Positions 39,101 through 52,850 of a stretch of 64,000 nucleotides of DNA are shown here, in pieces. Location of the stretch: NCBI RefSeq assembly GCF_964194025.1, contig NC_134479.1, positions 38,936,001 to 39,000,000 on the forward strand, in the 5' to 3' direction. The notes beneath the pieces are model-generated. The model was not told the origin of the DNA. It did not search any database and saw only the letters and a list, made by a program, of their open reading frames with translations. Both the position numbers and the translations under genes were made by a program. Position 1 is the stretch's first letter. Each line of letters starts with the position of its first letter. The DNA is from Convolutriloba macropyga. Taxonomy: Eukaryota.

Positions 39101-40190
39101 CGTTTAACGACTGAATCCTTTCACCATCATTAGTTGGTATTTTTCCCATTTTTTCGGTCTGCTGACTCAAATCATGTTTTACCATCTTTCGTATGATCAC
39201 AGATTATTTTCTTATTTGATATATAAATAGTTTCGCCTTTGGAAGTTAGCTTCTTAAGCTGAATCTCTGTGAAACGGTATTGAATACTATTTCAGTGATT
39301 TTTTTGTTCGGTATTCCGTTTCTAGTTTCTTTCGGTAATGAATGACTGTCGTTTTTTACTGAATTCATTTTTCTGGCTCTTGAGTCGTCGCACGTGAAGT
39401 ATTCACTTAATAAATGTTTACCTTCGTGTCTGTGCTGTTTTTATTCGCCTGAAGTTCTCTGTTCTTCTTTTGGACCTCTGCTTTTGAGTTTGCTCGGGAG
39501 TTGCTTTTAAATATATTTTATGTTACGCAATTGATGCGACCAACTGTTTTTTTTTAGCTAAAAATAATCCTTCCTTCTTTTTCTTGCTTCACATAGTATC
39601 TGGCAGAATTGTTGTTCTGCTATTGCTAGCATCGCAACTGTGTTTTCCTGGTGAACTTGTTGGCGATATAAATTAATCATCGATCTAATCGATTTGACTT
39701 TTGGCTTTTCAAATCTTTCTGCTTAATTTTTGTGAGTTTTGCTTGTTTGAATTTTACTTGTTTGAGTTTTTTTGTTCAACTTTGATGTTATCCCTTTGAT
39801 ATAACTTCTTGATTTTTTCACTATCTGTGTTTATTCTGATTGTTGTTTGATTTTCTCGTATAGCAACTAAATCTTTTCCGTCATTAATTGGTGTTTTTCC
39901 CATTTCCTCTATCGGACTGCTGCCTCAAATGATGTTTTACCATATTCCGTAACATCAATGATTAATTTCTTATCTGATACATTGATATTTTCTGTCTTCG
40001 GAAGCTGGCTTCTTAAGCTGAATCTCTGTGAAATGGTATTGAATTCTATTTCAGTAATTTTTTTGTTCGGTATTCCGTTTCTAGTTTCTGATGTGACATC
40101 TTTCGGTAATGAAGAATGCCTATCGTTTTTTACTGAATTCATTTTTCTGGCTATTGAGTCGTCGCACGTGAAGTATTCACTTAATAATTG
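36124..40190 (+). repeat. 1529-bp higher-order repeat (two ~765-bp monomers), ~2.7 near-identical copies
   Basis: Near-identical spurious ORFs at 36851/38380/39909 and identical ones at 37468/38997. Confidence 0.93.
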
Positions 40191-42429
40191 GTTACCTTCG
40201 TCTCTGTGCTGTTTTTATTTGCCTGAAGTTCTCTGCTCTTCTTTTTGACCTCTGCTTTTGAGTTTGCTCGGGAGTTGCTTTTAAATATATTTTATGTTAC
40301 GCAATTGATGAGACCAACTGATTTTTTAAGCTAAAAAAATAATCCCTTTCTTGCTTCACAGGGTATCTGGCAGAATTATTGATCTGCTATCGCTAGCATT
40401 GCAACTGTTTTCCTGGTGATCTTGTTAGCGATGTGAATTAGTCATCAATCTAATCAGTTTGACTTTTGGCTTTATCTTCTTAATTTTTATGAGTTTTACT
40501 TGTTTGAGTTTGCTCAGTTGTGTTTTTTGTTGGTTCAACTTTGATGGTATCCCACTGATATGACTTCCTGATTTTTATTACTGTCGAACTATATTTTGAT
40601 TGTTGTTTGATTTTCTCGTATAACGATTGAATCCTTTCACCATCATTAGTTGGTATTTTTCCCATTTTTTCGGTCTGCTGACTCAAATGATGTTTTACCA
40701 TCTTTCGTATGATCACTGATTAATTTCTTATCTGATACATTGATAGTTTTGTCTTCGGAAGTTGATTTTTTTAAGCTGAACCTTTGTGAAATAATGTTGA
40801 ATACTATCTGAATGATTTGTTGTTCTGGAATCCGTTTCTAGTTTATGATGTAACATCTTTCGGGTATGAATGCATGATATTAATTTCTTACTGAATGAAT
40901 TTTTTCTGGCTAGTGGGTTGTCGCACTTGAAGTTTGCTTGGGAGTTGCTTTGAATTACATTGTAATGTTATCCAATTGACGCGAGCAATTGGTTTATGAT
41001 TTTGACCAGTTGTATGTTTTTTTTCAACTTTGATGGTATCCCACTGATATGACTTCCTGATTTTTATTACTGTCGAACTATATTTTGATTGTTGTTTGAT
41101 TTTCTCGTATAACGATTGAATCCTTTCACCATCATTAGTTGGTATTTTTCCCATTTTTTCGGTCTGCTGACTCAAATGATGTTTTACCATCTTTCGTATG
41201 ATCACTGATTAATTTCTTATCTGATACATTGATAGTTTCGTCTTCGGAAGTTGATTTTTTTAAGCTGAACCTTTGTGAAATAATGTTGAATACTATCTGA
41301 ATGATTTGTTGTTCTGGAATCCGTTTCTAGTTTATGATGTAACATCTTTCGGGTATGAATGCATGATATTAATTTCTTACTGAATGAATTTTTTCTGGCT
41401 AGTGGGTTGTCGCACTTGAAGTTTGCTTGGGAGTTGCTTTGAATTACATTGTAATGTTATCCAATTGACGCGAGCAATTGTTTTATGATTTTGACCAGTT
41501 GTATGTTCTGTTGTTTCAACTTTGATGTTATCCCACTGATATGATTTCTTGATTTTTATTACTATATGGGTTTGTTCTGATTGTTGTTTGATTTTCTCGT
41601 ATAGCAACTGAATCTCTTCTCCTTCATTATTTGGTGTTTCTTCCCATTTTTTCTATCGGACTGCTGACTCAAGTGATTTTTTACCATCTTTCGTATGATC
41701 ATTGATTAAATTCTTATCTGATATATTGATAGTTTCGTCTTCGGAAGTTATTAAGCTGAATCTTTGTGAAATAGTATTGAATACTATCTGAATGATTTTT
41801 TGTTCTGGAATCCGTTTCTAGTTTATGAAGTAACATCTTTCGAGTATGAACGCATGATATTAATTTCTTACTGAATACTTTTTTCTGGCTTCTGGGTCGT
41901 CGCACTTGAAGTATTCACTTAACAATCGTTTATCTTCGTGGTAGCTGTGCTGATTTTATGATTCGCCTAAAATCTCTGCTGTGCTTTTGGGCCTCTGTTT
42001 TTCAGTTTGCTCGGGAGATGCTTTGAAATGCATTGTAATGTTATCCATTTGACGCGACCAACTGGTTTATGATTTTGACCAGTTGTATGTTTTGTTGCTT
42101 CAACTTTGATGTTATCCCACTGATATGACTTCTTGATTTTTTTTTACTATCTGACTATATTCTGATTGTTGTTTGATTTTCTCGTATAGCGACGGAATCT
42201 CCTCTCCTTCATTATTTGGTGTTTCTTCCCATTTTCTCTATCGGACTGCTGACTCAAATGATGTTTTACCATCTTTCGTATGATCGTTGATTAATTTCTT
42301 ATCTGATACTTTGATAGTTTGTCTTCGGAAGCTGACTCCTTAAGCTGAATATTTGTGAGGTAGTATTGAATACTATCCCAATGAATTTTTTGTTCTGGAT
42401 TCCGTTTCTAGTTTATGATGTAACATCTT

Positions 42430-45400
42430 TCGGGTATGAATGCATGATATTAATTTCTTATTGAATAATTTTTTTTCTGGCTATTGGGTCGTGGCACTTG
42501 AAGTATTCACTTAAAAATCGTTTATCGTCGTAGTAGCTGTGCTGGTTTTATGATTCGCCTAAGTTCTCTGCTGTGCTTTTGGGCTTCTGTTCTTCAGTTT
42601 GCTTGGGAGTTGTTTTGAAATACATTGTGATGTTATGCAATTGACGCGACTAGCTGGTTTATGATTTTGACCAGTTGTATGTTTTGTTGTTTCAACTTTG
42701 ATGTTATCCCACTGATATGACTTCTTGATTTTTATTACTATCTGACTATATTCTGATTGTTGTTTGATTTTCTCGTATAGCGACGGAATCTCCTCTCCTT
42801 CATTATTTGGTGTTTCTTCCCATTTTCTCTCTCGGTCTGCTGAATCGAATGATGTTTTTACCATCTTTCGTATGATCGTTGATTAATTTCTTATCTGATA
42901 CTTTGATAGTTTTTCTTCGGAAGCTGACTCCTTGAGCTGAATATTTTTGCGGTAGTATTGAATACTATCTAAATGAATTTTTTGTTCTGGATTCCGTTTC
43001 TAGTTTATGATGTAACATCTTTCGGGTATGAATGCATGATATTAATTTCTTACTGAATAATTTTTTACTGGCTAGTGGGTCGTCGCACTTGAAGTGTTCA
43101 CTTAAAAATCGTTTATCGTCGTAGTAGCTGTGCTGGTTTTATGATTCGCCTAAGTTCTCTGCTGTGCTTTTGGGCTTCTGTTCTTCAGTTTGCTTGGGAG
43201 TTGTTTTGAAATACATTGTGATGTTATGCAATTGACGCGACTAGCTGGTTTATGATTTTGACCAGTTGTATGTTTTGTTGTTTCAACTTTGATGTTATCC
43301 CACTGATATGACTTCTTGATTTTTATTACTATCTGACTATATTCTGATTGTTGTTTGATTTTCTCGTATAGCGACGGAATCTCCTCTCCTTCATTATTTG
43401 GTGTTTCTTCCCATTTTCTCTCTCGGACTGCTGACTCAAATGATGTTTTACCATCTTTCGTATAATCATTGAATAATTTCTTATCTGATACTTTGATAGT
43501 TTGTCTTCGGAAGCTGACTCCTTAAGCTGAATATTTTTGAGGTAGTATTGAATACTATCTCAATAAATTTTTTGTTCTGGATTCCGTTTCTAGTTTATGA
43601 TGTAACATCTTTCGGGTATGAATGCATGATATTAATTTCTTACTGAATAATTTTTTACTGGCTAGTGGGTCGTCGCACTTGAAGTGTTCACTTAAAAATC
43701 GTTTATCGTCGTAGTAGCTGTGCTGGTTTTATGATTCGCCTAAGTTCTCTGCTGTGCTTTTGGGCTTCTGTTCTTCAGTTTGCTTGGGAGTTGTTTTGAA
43801 ATACATTGTGATGTTATGCAATTGACGCGACTAGCTGGTTTATGATTTTGACCAGTTGTATGTTTTGTTGTTTCAACTTTGATGTTATCCCACTGATATG
43901 ACTTCTTGATTTTTATTACTATCTGACTATATTCTGATTGTTGTTTGATTTTCTCGTATAGCGACGGAATCTCCTCTCCTTCATTATTTGGTGTTTCTTC
44001 CCATTTTCTCTCTCGGACTGCTGACTCAAATGATGTTTTACCATCTTTCGTATAATCATTGATTAATTTCTTATCTGATACCTTGATAGTTTGTCTTCGG
44101 AAGCTGACTCCTTAAGCTGAATATTTTTGAGGTAGTATTGAATACTATCTCAATGAATTTTTTGTTCTGGATTCCGTTTCTAGTTTATGATGTAACATCT
44201 TTCGGGTATGAATGCATGATATTAATTTCTTACAGAATAACTTTTTACTGGCTAGTGGGTCGTCGCACTTGAAGTGTTCACTTAAAAATCGTTTATCGTC
44301 GTAGTAGCTTTGCTGGTTTTATGATTCGCCTAAGTTCTCTGCTGTGCTTTTGGGCTTCTGTTCTTCAGTTTGCTTGGGAGTTGTTTTGAAATACATTGTG
44401 ATGTTATGCAATTGACGCGACTAGCTGGTTTATGATTTTGACCAGTTGTATGTTTTGTTGTTTCAACTTTGATGTTATCCCACTGATATGACTTCTTGAT
44501 TTTTTTTACTATCTGACTATATTCTGATTGTTGTTTGATTTTCTCGTATAGCGACGGAATCTCCTCTCCTTCATTATTTGGTGTTTCTTCCCATTTTCTC
44601 TCTCGGACTGCTGACTCAAATGATGTTTTACCATCTTTCGTATAATCATTGATTAATTTCTTATCTGATACTTTGATAGTTTGTCTTCGGAAGCTGACTC
44701 CTTAAGCTGAATATTTGTGAGGTAGTATTGAATACTATCTCAATGAATTTTTTGTTCTGGATTCCGTTTCTAGTTTATAATGTAAATTTTTTCGGGTATG
44801 AATGCATGATATTAATTTCTTACTGAATAATTTTTTCTGGCTAGTGGGTCGTCTTACTTGAAGTGTTCACTTAAAAATCGTTTATCGTCGTAGTAGCTGT
44901 GCTGGTTTTATGATTCGCCTAAGTTCTCTGCTGTGCTTTTGGGCTTCTGTTCTTCAGTTTGCTTGGGAGTTGTTTTGAAATACCTTGTGATGTTATGCAA
45001 TTGACGCGACTAGCTGGTTTATGATTTTGACTTGTTGTATGTTTTGTTGTTTCAACTTTGATGTTATCCCACTGATATGACTTCTTGATTTTTATTACTA
45101 TCTGACTATATTCTGATTGTTGTTTGATTTTCTCGTATAGCGACGGAATCTCCTCTCCTTCATTATTTGGTGTTTCTTCCCATTTTCTCTCTCGGACTGC
45201 TGACTCAAATGATGTTTTACCATCTTTCGTATAATCATTGATTAATTTCTTATCTGATACTTTGATAGTTTGTCTTCGGAAGCTGACTCCTTAAGCTGAA
45301 TATTTGTGAGGTAGTATTGAATACTATCTCAATGAATTTTTCGTTCTGGATTCCGTTTCTAGTTTATAATGTAAATTCTTTCGGGTATGAATGCATGATA

Positions 45401-48400
45401 TTAATTTCTTACTGAATAATTTTTTCTGGCTAGTGGGTCGTCTTACTTGAAGTGTTCACTTAAAAATCGTTTATCGTCGTAGTAGCTGTGCTGGTTTTAT
45501 GATTCGCCTAAGTTCCCTGCTGTGCTTTTGGGCTTCTGTTCTTCAGTTTGCTTGGGAGTTCTTTTGAAATACATTGTGATGTTATGCAATTGACGCGACT
45601 AGCTGGTTTATGATTTTGTCCAGTTGTGTGTTTTGTTGTTTCAGCTTTGATGTTATCCCACTGATATGACTTCTTGATTTTTATTACTATCTGACTATAT
45701 TCTGATTGTTGTTTGATTTTCTCGTATAGCGACGGAATCTCCTCTCCTTCATTATTTGGTGTTTCTTCCCATTTTCTCTCTCGGACTGCTGACTCAAATG
45801 ATGTTTTACCATCTTTCGTATAATCATTGATTAATTTCTTATCTGATACTTTGATAGTTTGTCTTCGGAAGCTGACTCCTTAAGCTGAATATTTGTGAGG
45901 TAGTATTGAATACTATCTCAATGAATTTTTCGTTCTGGATTCCGTTTCTAGTTTATAATGTAAATTCTTTCGGGTATGAATGCATGATATTAATTTCTTA
46001 CTGAATAATTTTTTCTGGCTAGTGGGTCGTCTTACTTGAAGTGTTCACTTAAAAATCGTTTATCGTCGTAGTAGCTGTGCTGGTTTTATGATTCGCCTAA
46101 GTTCTCTGCTGTGCTTTTGGGCTTCTGTTCTTCAGTTTGCTTGGGAGTTGTTTTGAAATACATTGTGATGTTATGCAATTGACGCGACTAGCTGGTTTAT
46201 GATTTTGACATGTTGTATGTTTTGTTGTTTCAACTTTGATGTTATCCCACTGATCTGACTTCTTGATTTTTATTACTATCTGACTATATTGTGATTGTTG
46301 TTTGATTTTCTCGTATAGCGACGGAATTTGCTCTCCTTCATTATTTGGTGTTTCATCCCATTTTCTCTCTCGGACTGATGACTCAAATGATTTTTTACCA
46401 TCTTTCGTATAATCATTGATTAATTTCTTATCTGATACTTTGATAGTTTGTCTTCGGAAGCTGACTTCTTAAGCTGAATATTTGTGAGGTAGTATTGAAT
46501 ACTATCTCAATGAATTTTTTGTTCTGGATTCCGTTTCTAGTTTATGATGTAACATCTTTCGGGTATGAATGCATGATATTAATTTCTTACAGAATAATTT
46601 TTTACTGGCTAGTGGGTCGTCGCACTTGAAGTGTTCACTTAAAAATCGTTTATCGTCGTAGTAGCTTTGCTGGTTTTATATTTCGCCTAAGTTCTCTGCT
46701 GTGCTTTTGGGCTTCTGTTCTTCAGTTTGCTTGGGAGTTCTTTTGAAATACATTGTGATGTTATGCAATTGACGCGACTAGCTGGTTTATGATTTTGTCC
46801 AGTTGTGTGTTTTGTTGTTTCAGCTTTGATGTTATCCCACTGATATGACTTCTTGATTTTTATTACTATCTGACTATATTCTGATTGTTGTTTGATTTTC
46901 TCGTATAGCGACGGAATCTCCTCTCCTTCATTATTTGGTGTTTCTTCCCATTTTCTCTCTCGGACTGCTGACTCAAATGATGTTTTACCATCTTTCGTAT
47001 AATCATTGATTAATTTCTTATCTGATACTTTGATAGTTTGTCTTCGGAAGCTGACTCCTTAAGCTGAATATTTGTGAGGTAGTATTGAATACTATCTCAA
47101 TGAATTTTTCGTTCTGGATTCCGTTTCTAGTTTATAATGTAAATTCTTTCGGGTATGAATGCATGATATTCATTTCTTACTGAATAATTTTTTCTGGCTA
47201 GTGGGTCGTCTTACTTGAAGTGTTCACTTAAAAATCGTTTATCGTCGTAGTAGCTGTGCTGGTTTTATGATTCGCCTAAGTTCTCTGCTGTGCTTTTGGG
47301 CTTCTTTTCTTCAGTTTGCTTGGGAGTTGTTTTGAAATACATTGTGATGTTATGCAATTGACGCGACTAGCTGGTTTATGATTTTGACATGTTGTATGTT
47401 TTGTTGTTTCAACTTTGATGTTATCCCACTGATCTGACTTCTTGATTTTTATTACTATCTGACTATATTGTGATTGTTGTTTGATTTTCTCGTATAGCGA
47501 CGGAATCTCCTCTCCTTCATTATTTGGTGTTTCATCCCATTTTCTCTCTCGGACTGATGACTCAAATGATTTTTTACCATCTTTCGTATAATCATTGATT
47601 AATTTCTTATCTGATACTTTGATAGTTTGTCTTCGGAAGCTGACTTCTTAAGCTGAATATTTGTGAGGTAGTATTGAATACTATCTCAATGAATTTTTTG
47701 TTCTGGATTCCGTTTCTAGTTTATGATGTAACATCTTTCGGGTATGAATGCATGATATTAATTTCTTATTGAATAATTTTTTTCTGGCTAGTGGGTCGTG
47801 GCACTTGAAGTATTCACTTAAAAATCGTTTATCTTCGTAGTAGCTGTGCTGGTTTTATGATTCGCCTAAGTTCTCTGCTGTGCTTTTGGGCTTCTGTTTT
47901 TCAGTTTGCTTGGGAGTTGCTTTGAAATACATTGTAATGTTATCCAATTGACGCGACCAAATAATTTTTAATAATTTTTTCTTAGCTAAAGATAATCCTT
48001 CCCTTTTTTCCTGCTGCACATAATATCTGGCAGAATTATTGTTCTGCTATCGCTAGTATCGCAACTGTGTTTTCCTGGTGATCCTGGCAAGGTAAATTAA
48101 TCATGAATCTAATCAATTTGTCTTTTGGAGAATTTCGCTGCTTTTCAAATCTTGATCTTCTTAATTTAACCAGTTTTACTGGTTTGAGTTTGCTCAGTTG
48201 TGTTTTTTTGGTTCAACTTTGATATTATCCCACTGATATGACTTCCTTATTTTTATTACTCTCTGATTATATTTTGATTGTTGTTTGATTTTCTCGTATA
48301 ACGACTGAGTCTCGTCACAGTCATTAGTTGGTATTTTACCCATTTTCTCGGTCTGCTGAATCGAATGATGTTTTACCATCTTTCGTATGATCGTTGATTA

Positions 48401-49900
48401 ATTTCTTATCTGATACTTTGATAGTTTGTCTTCGGAAGCTGACTCCTTAAGCTGAATATTTTTGAGGTAGTATTGAATACTATCTCAAACTCTAGTTTAT
48501 GATGTAACATCTTTCGGGTTTGAATGCATGATATTAATTTCTTACTGAATAATTTTGTTCTGGCTAGTGGGTCGTCTTACTTGAAGTGTTCACTTAAAAA
48601 TAGTTTATCGTCGTAGTAGCTGTGCTGGTTTTATGATTCGCCTAAGTTCTCTGCTGTGCTTTTGGGCTTCTGTTCTTCAGTTTGCTTGGGAGTTGTTTTG
48701 AAATACATTGTGATGTTATGCAATTGACGCGACTAGCTGGTTTATGATTTTGACATGTTGTATGTTTTGTTGTTTCAACTTTGATGTTATCCCACTGATA
48801 TGACTTCTTGATTTTTATTACTATCTGACTATATTCTGATTGTTGTTTGATTTTCTCGTATAGCGACGGAATCTCCTCTCCTTCATTATTTGGTGTTTCT
48901 TCCCATTTTCTCTCCCGGACTGCTGACTCAAATGATGTTTTACCATCTTTCGTATAATCATTGATTAATTTCTTATCTGATACTTTGATAGTTTGTCTTC
49001 GGAAGCTGGCTCCTTCAGCTGAATATTTGTGAGGTAGTACTGAATACTATCTCAATGAATTTTTTGTTCTGGATTCCGTTTCTAGTTTATGATGTAACAT
49101 CTTTCGGGTATGAATGCATGATATTAATTTCTTACTGAATAATTTTTGTCTGGCTAGTGGGTCGTCTCACTTGAAGTGTTCACTTAAAAATCGTTTATCG
49201 TCGTAGTAGCTATGCTGGTTTTATGATTCGCCTAAGTTCTCTGCTGTGCTTTTGGGCTTCTGTTCTTCAGTTTGCTTGGGAGTTGTTTTGAAATACATTG
49301 TGAGGTTATCCAATTGACGCGACTAACTGCATTATGATTTTGATCAGTTGTATGTTTTGTTGTTTCAACTTTGATGTTATCCCACTGATATGACTTCTTG
49401 ATTTTTATTACTATCTGACTATATTCTGATTGTTGTTTGATTTTCTCGTATAGCGACGGAATCTCCTCTCCTTCATTATTTGGTGTTTCTTCCCATTTTC
49501 TCTCGGACTTCTGACTCAAATGATGTTTTACCATCTTTCGTATAATCATTGATTATTTTTTTATCTGATACTTTGATAGTTTGTCTTCGGAAGCTGACTT
49601 CTTAAGCTGAATATTTGTGAGGTAGTATTCAGTACTATCTCAATGAATTTTTTGTTCTGGATTCCGTTTCCAGTTTATGATGTAACATTTTTCGGGTATG
49701 AATGCATGATAATAATTTCTTACTGAATAATTTTTTTCTGGCTATTGGGTCGTGGCACTTTGAAGTGTTCACTTAAAAATCGTTTATCTTCGTAGTAGCT
49801 GTGCTGGTTTTATGATTCGCCTAAGTTCTCTGCTGTGCTTTTGGGCTTCTGTTCTTCAGTTTGCTTGGGAGTTGCTTTGAAATACATTGTAATGTTATCC
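42430..49900 (+). repeat. Homogeneous 589-590 bp monomer block
   Basis: TTCGGGTATG at 43021, 43611, 44201, 44791, 45380 and 45969. Confidence 0.93.
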
Positions 49901-50039
49901 AATTGACGCGACCAAATAATTTTTTCTTAGCTAAAGATAATCTTTCCCTTTTTTCCTGCTGCACATAATATCTGGCAGAATTATTGTTCTGCTATCGCTA
50001 GTATCGCAACTGTGTTTACCTGGTGATCCTGGCAAGGTA

Positions 50040-52850
50040 AATTAATCATGAATCTAATCAATTTGTCTTTTGGAGAATTTCGCCGCTTTTCAAATCTTGA
50101 TCTTTTTAATTTTACCAATTTTACTGGTTTTAGTTTTGTCAGTTGTGTTTTTTTGTTGGTTCAACTTTGGTATTATCCCATTGATATGACTTCCTTATTT
50201 TCATTACTCTCTGATTATGTTTTGATTGTTGTTTGATTTTCTCGTATAACGACTGAATCTCGTCACAGTAATTAGTTGGTATTTTACCCATTTGCTCGGT
50301 CTGCTGAATCAAATGATGTTTTACCATCTTTCGTATGATGACTGATTAATTTTTGAACTGATGCATAGATAGTTTCGTCTTCAGAAGCTGGCTTTTTAGG
50401 GTGAATCTTTGTGAAATAGTATTGAATACTATCGCTTTGGTTTTTTGTTCTGGATATCGTTTCTAGTTTATGATGTAACATTTTTCGGGTATGAATGCAT
50501 GATACTAATTTTTTACTGAAATAATTTGGTCTGGCTATTGAGTCGTCGCATGTTAAGAATTCACTTGATAATCGTTTGTCTTCGTGGTAGCTGTGATGAT
50601 TTTATGATTCGACTAAAATCTCTGCTGTGCTTTTGGGCCTCTTTTTTTCAGTTTGCTCGGGAGATGCTTTGAAATACATTGTAATGCTATCCGTTTGACG
50701 CAACCAACTGGTTAATGAGTTTGCCCTGTTGTATTTTTTGATGTTTCAGCTATGATGTTATCACACTGATGACTTCCTGATATTTATTAGTATCTGACTA
50801 TATTTGGATTGTTGTTTGATTTTCTCTTATAACAACTGAATCTCTTCACCGTCATTAGTTGAAATTTTTCCCATTTCCTCCGTCTGCTGACTCAAATGAT
50901 GCTTTACAATCTTTCGTATGATCACTGATTAATTTCTTATCTGAGACATTGATAGTTTCTGTCTTCGGAAGTTTCTCTCTTTGTGAAATGGTTTTGAATA
51001 CTATCTCCATGATTTCTTGTTCTGGATTCCGTTTCTAGTTTATGATGTAACATCTTTCGGGTATGAGTGCATGATATTAATTTTTTACTGAATTAGTTTT
51101 TTCTGGCTATTGATTTGTCGCGCGTCAAGTATTCACTTAATAATCGTTTGTCTTCGTGGTAGCTGTGCTGGTTTTATGATTCGCATGAAGTTCTCTGTTT
51201 TGCTTTTGGGCTTCTGTTTTTCAGTTCGCTCGGGAGCTGTTTGAAATACATTGTGATGTTATCACATTGATGCTACCAACCGATTTTTTTCTTAGCTGAA
51301 AAGAATCCTGCTTTTTTCTGCTGAAAACTATCTGACAGAATTATTGTTCTGCTATCGCTACTCTTTCTCGTGGTGACCTTGTTACCGTTGCAAGTTAATC
51401 ATGAATCTAATCAGTTTGCCTTTTGGAGAATTTCGCTGCTTTTCAAATCTTGATCTTTTTATTTTTACCAATTTCACTGGTTTCATCTTTGTGAGTTGTT
51501 TTTTGTTGGTTCAACTTTGGTATTATCCCATTGATATGACTTCCTTATTTTTATTACTCTCTGATTATATTTTGATTGTTGTTTGATTTTCTCGTATAAC
51601 GACTGAATCCCGTCACAGTAATTAGTTGGTATTTTACCCATTTTCTCGGTCTGCTGAATCAAATGATGTTTTACCATCTTTCGTATGATGACTGATTAAT
51701 TTCTGAACTGATGCATAGATAGTTTCGTCTTCAGAAGCTGGCTTTTTAGGGTGAATCTTTGTGAAATAGTATTGAATACTATCGCTTTGGTATTTTCTTC
51801 TGGATATCGTTTCTAGTTTATGATGTAACATTTTTCGGGTATGAATGCATGATAGTAATTTTTTACTGAAATAATTTGTTCTGGCTATTGAGTCGTCGCA
51901 TGTTAAGAATTCACTTGATAATCGTTTGTCTTCGTGGTAGCTGTGATAATTTTATGATTCGACTAAAATCTCTGCTGTGCTTTTGGGCCTCTTTTTTTCA
52001 GTTTGCTCGGGAGATGCTTTGAAATACATTGTAATGCTATCCATTTGACGCAACCAACTGGTTTATGAGTTTGCCCTGTTGTATTTTTTGATGTTTCAGC
52101 TATGATGTTATCACACTGATGACTTCCTGATATTTATTAGTATCTGACTATATTTGGATTGTTGTTTGATTTTCTCATATAACAACTGAATCTCTTCACC
52201 GTCATTAGTTGAAATTTTTCCCATTTCCTCCGTCTGCTGACTCAAACGATGCTTTACAATCTTTCGTATGATCACTGATTATTTTCTTATCTGATATATA
52301 GAGAGTTTCGTCTTCGGAAGTTGGCTTTTTTAAGCTGAATCTTTGTGAAATAGTATTGAATACTATCGCCTTGATTTTTTTGTTCTGGATTCCGTTTCTA
52401 GTTTATGATGTAACATCTTTCGGGTATGAGTGCATGATATTAATTTTTTACTGAATTAATTTTTTCTGGCTATTGATTTGTCGCGCGTCAAGTATTCACT
52501 TAATAATCGTTTGTCTTCATGGTAGCTGTGCTGGTTTTATGATTCGCATGAAGTTCTCTGTTTTGCTTTTGGGCTTCTGTTTTTCAGTTCGCTCGGGAGC
52601 TGTTTGAAATACATTGTGATGTTATCACATTGATGCTATCAACTGATTTTTTTCTTAGCTGAAAATAATCCTGCTTTTTTCTGCTGAAAACTATCTGACA
52701 GAATTATTGTTCTGCTATCCCTACTCTTTCTCGTGGTGACCTTGTTACCGTTGCAAGTTAATCATGAATCTAATCAGTTTGCCTTTTGGAGAATTTCGCT
52801 GCTTTTCAAATCTTGATCTTTTTAACTTTACCAGTTTTACTGGTTTGAGT
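50040..52850 (+). repeat. ~1350-bp higher-order repeat (long + short monomer)
   Basis: Paired ORFs at 50284/51634 and 50048/51401. Confidence 0.85.
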
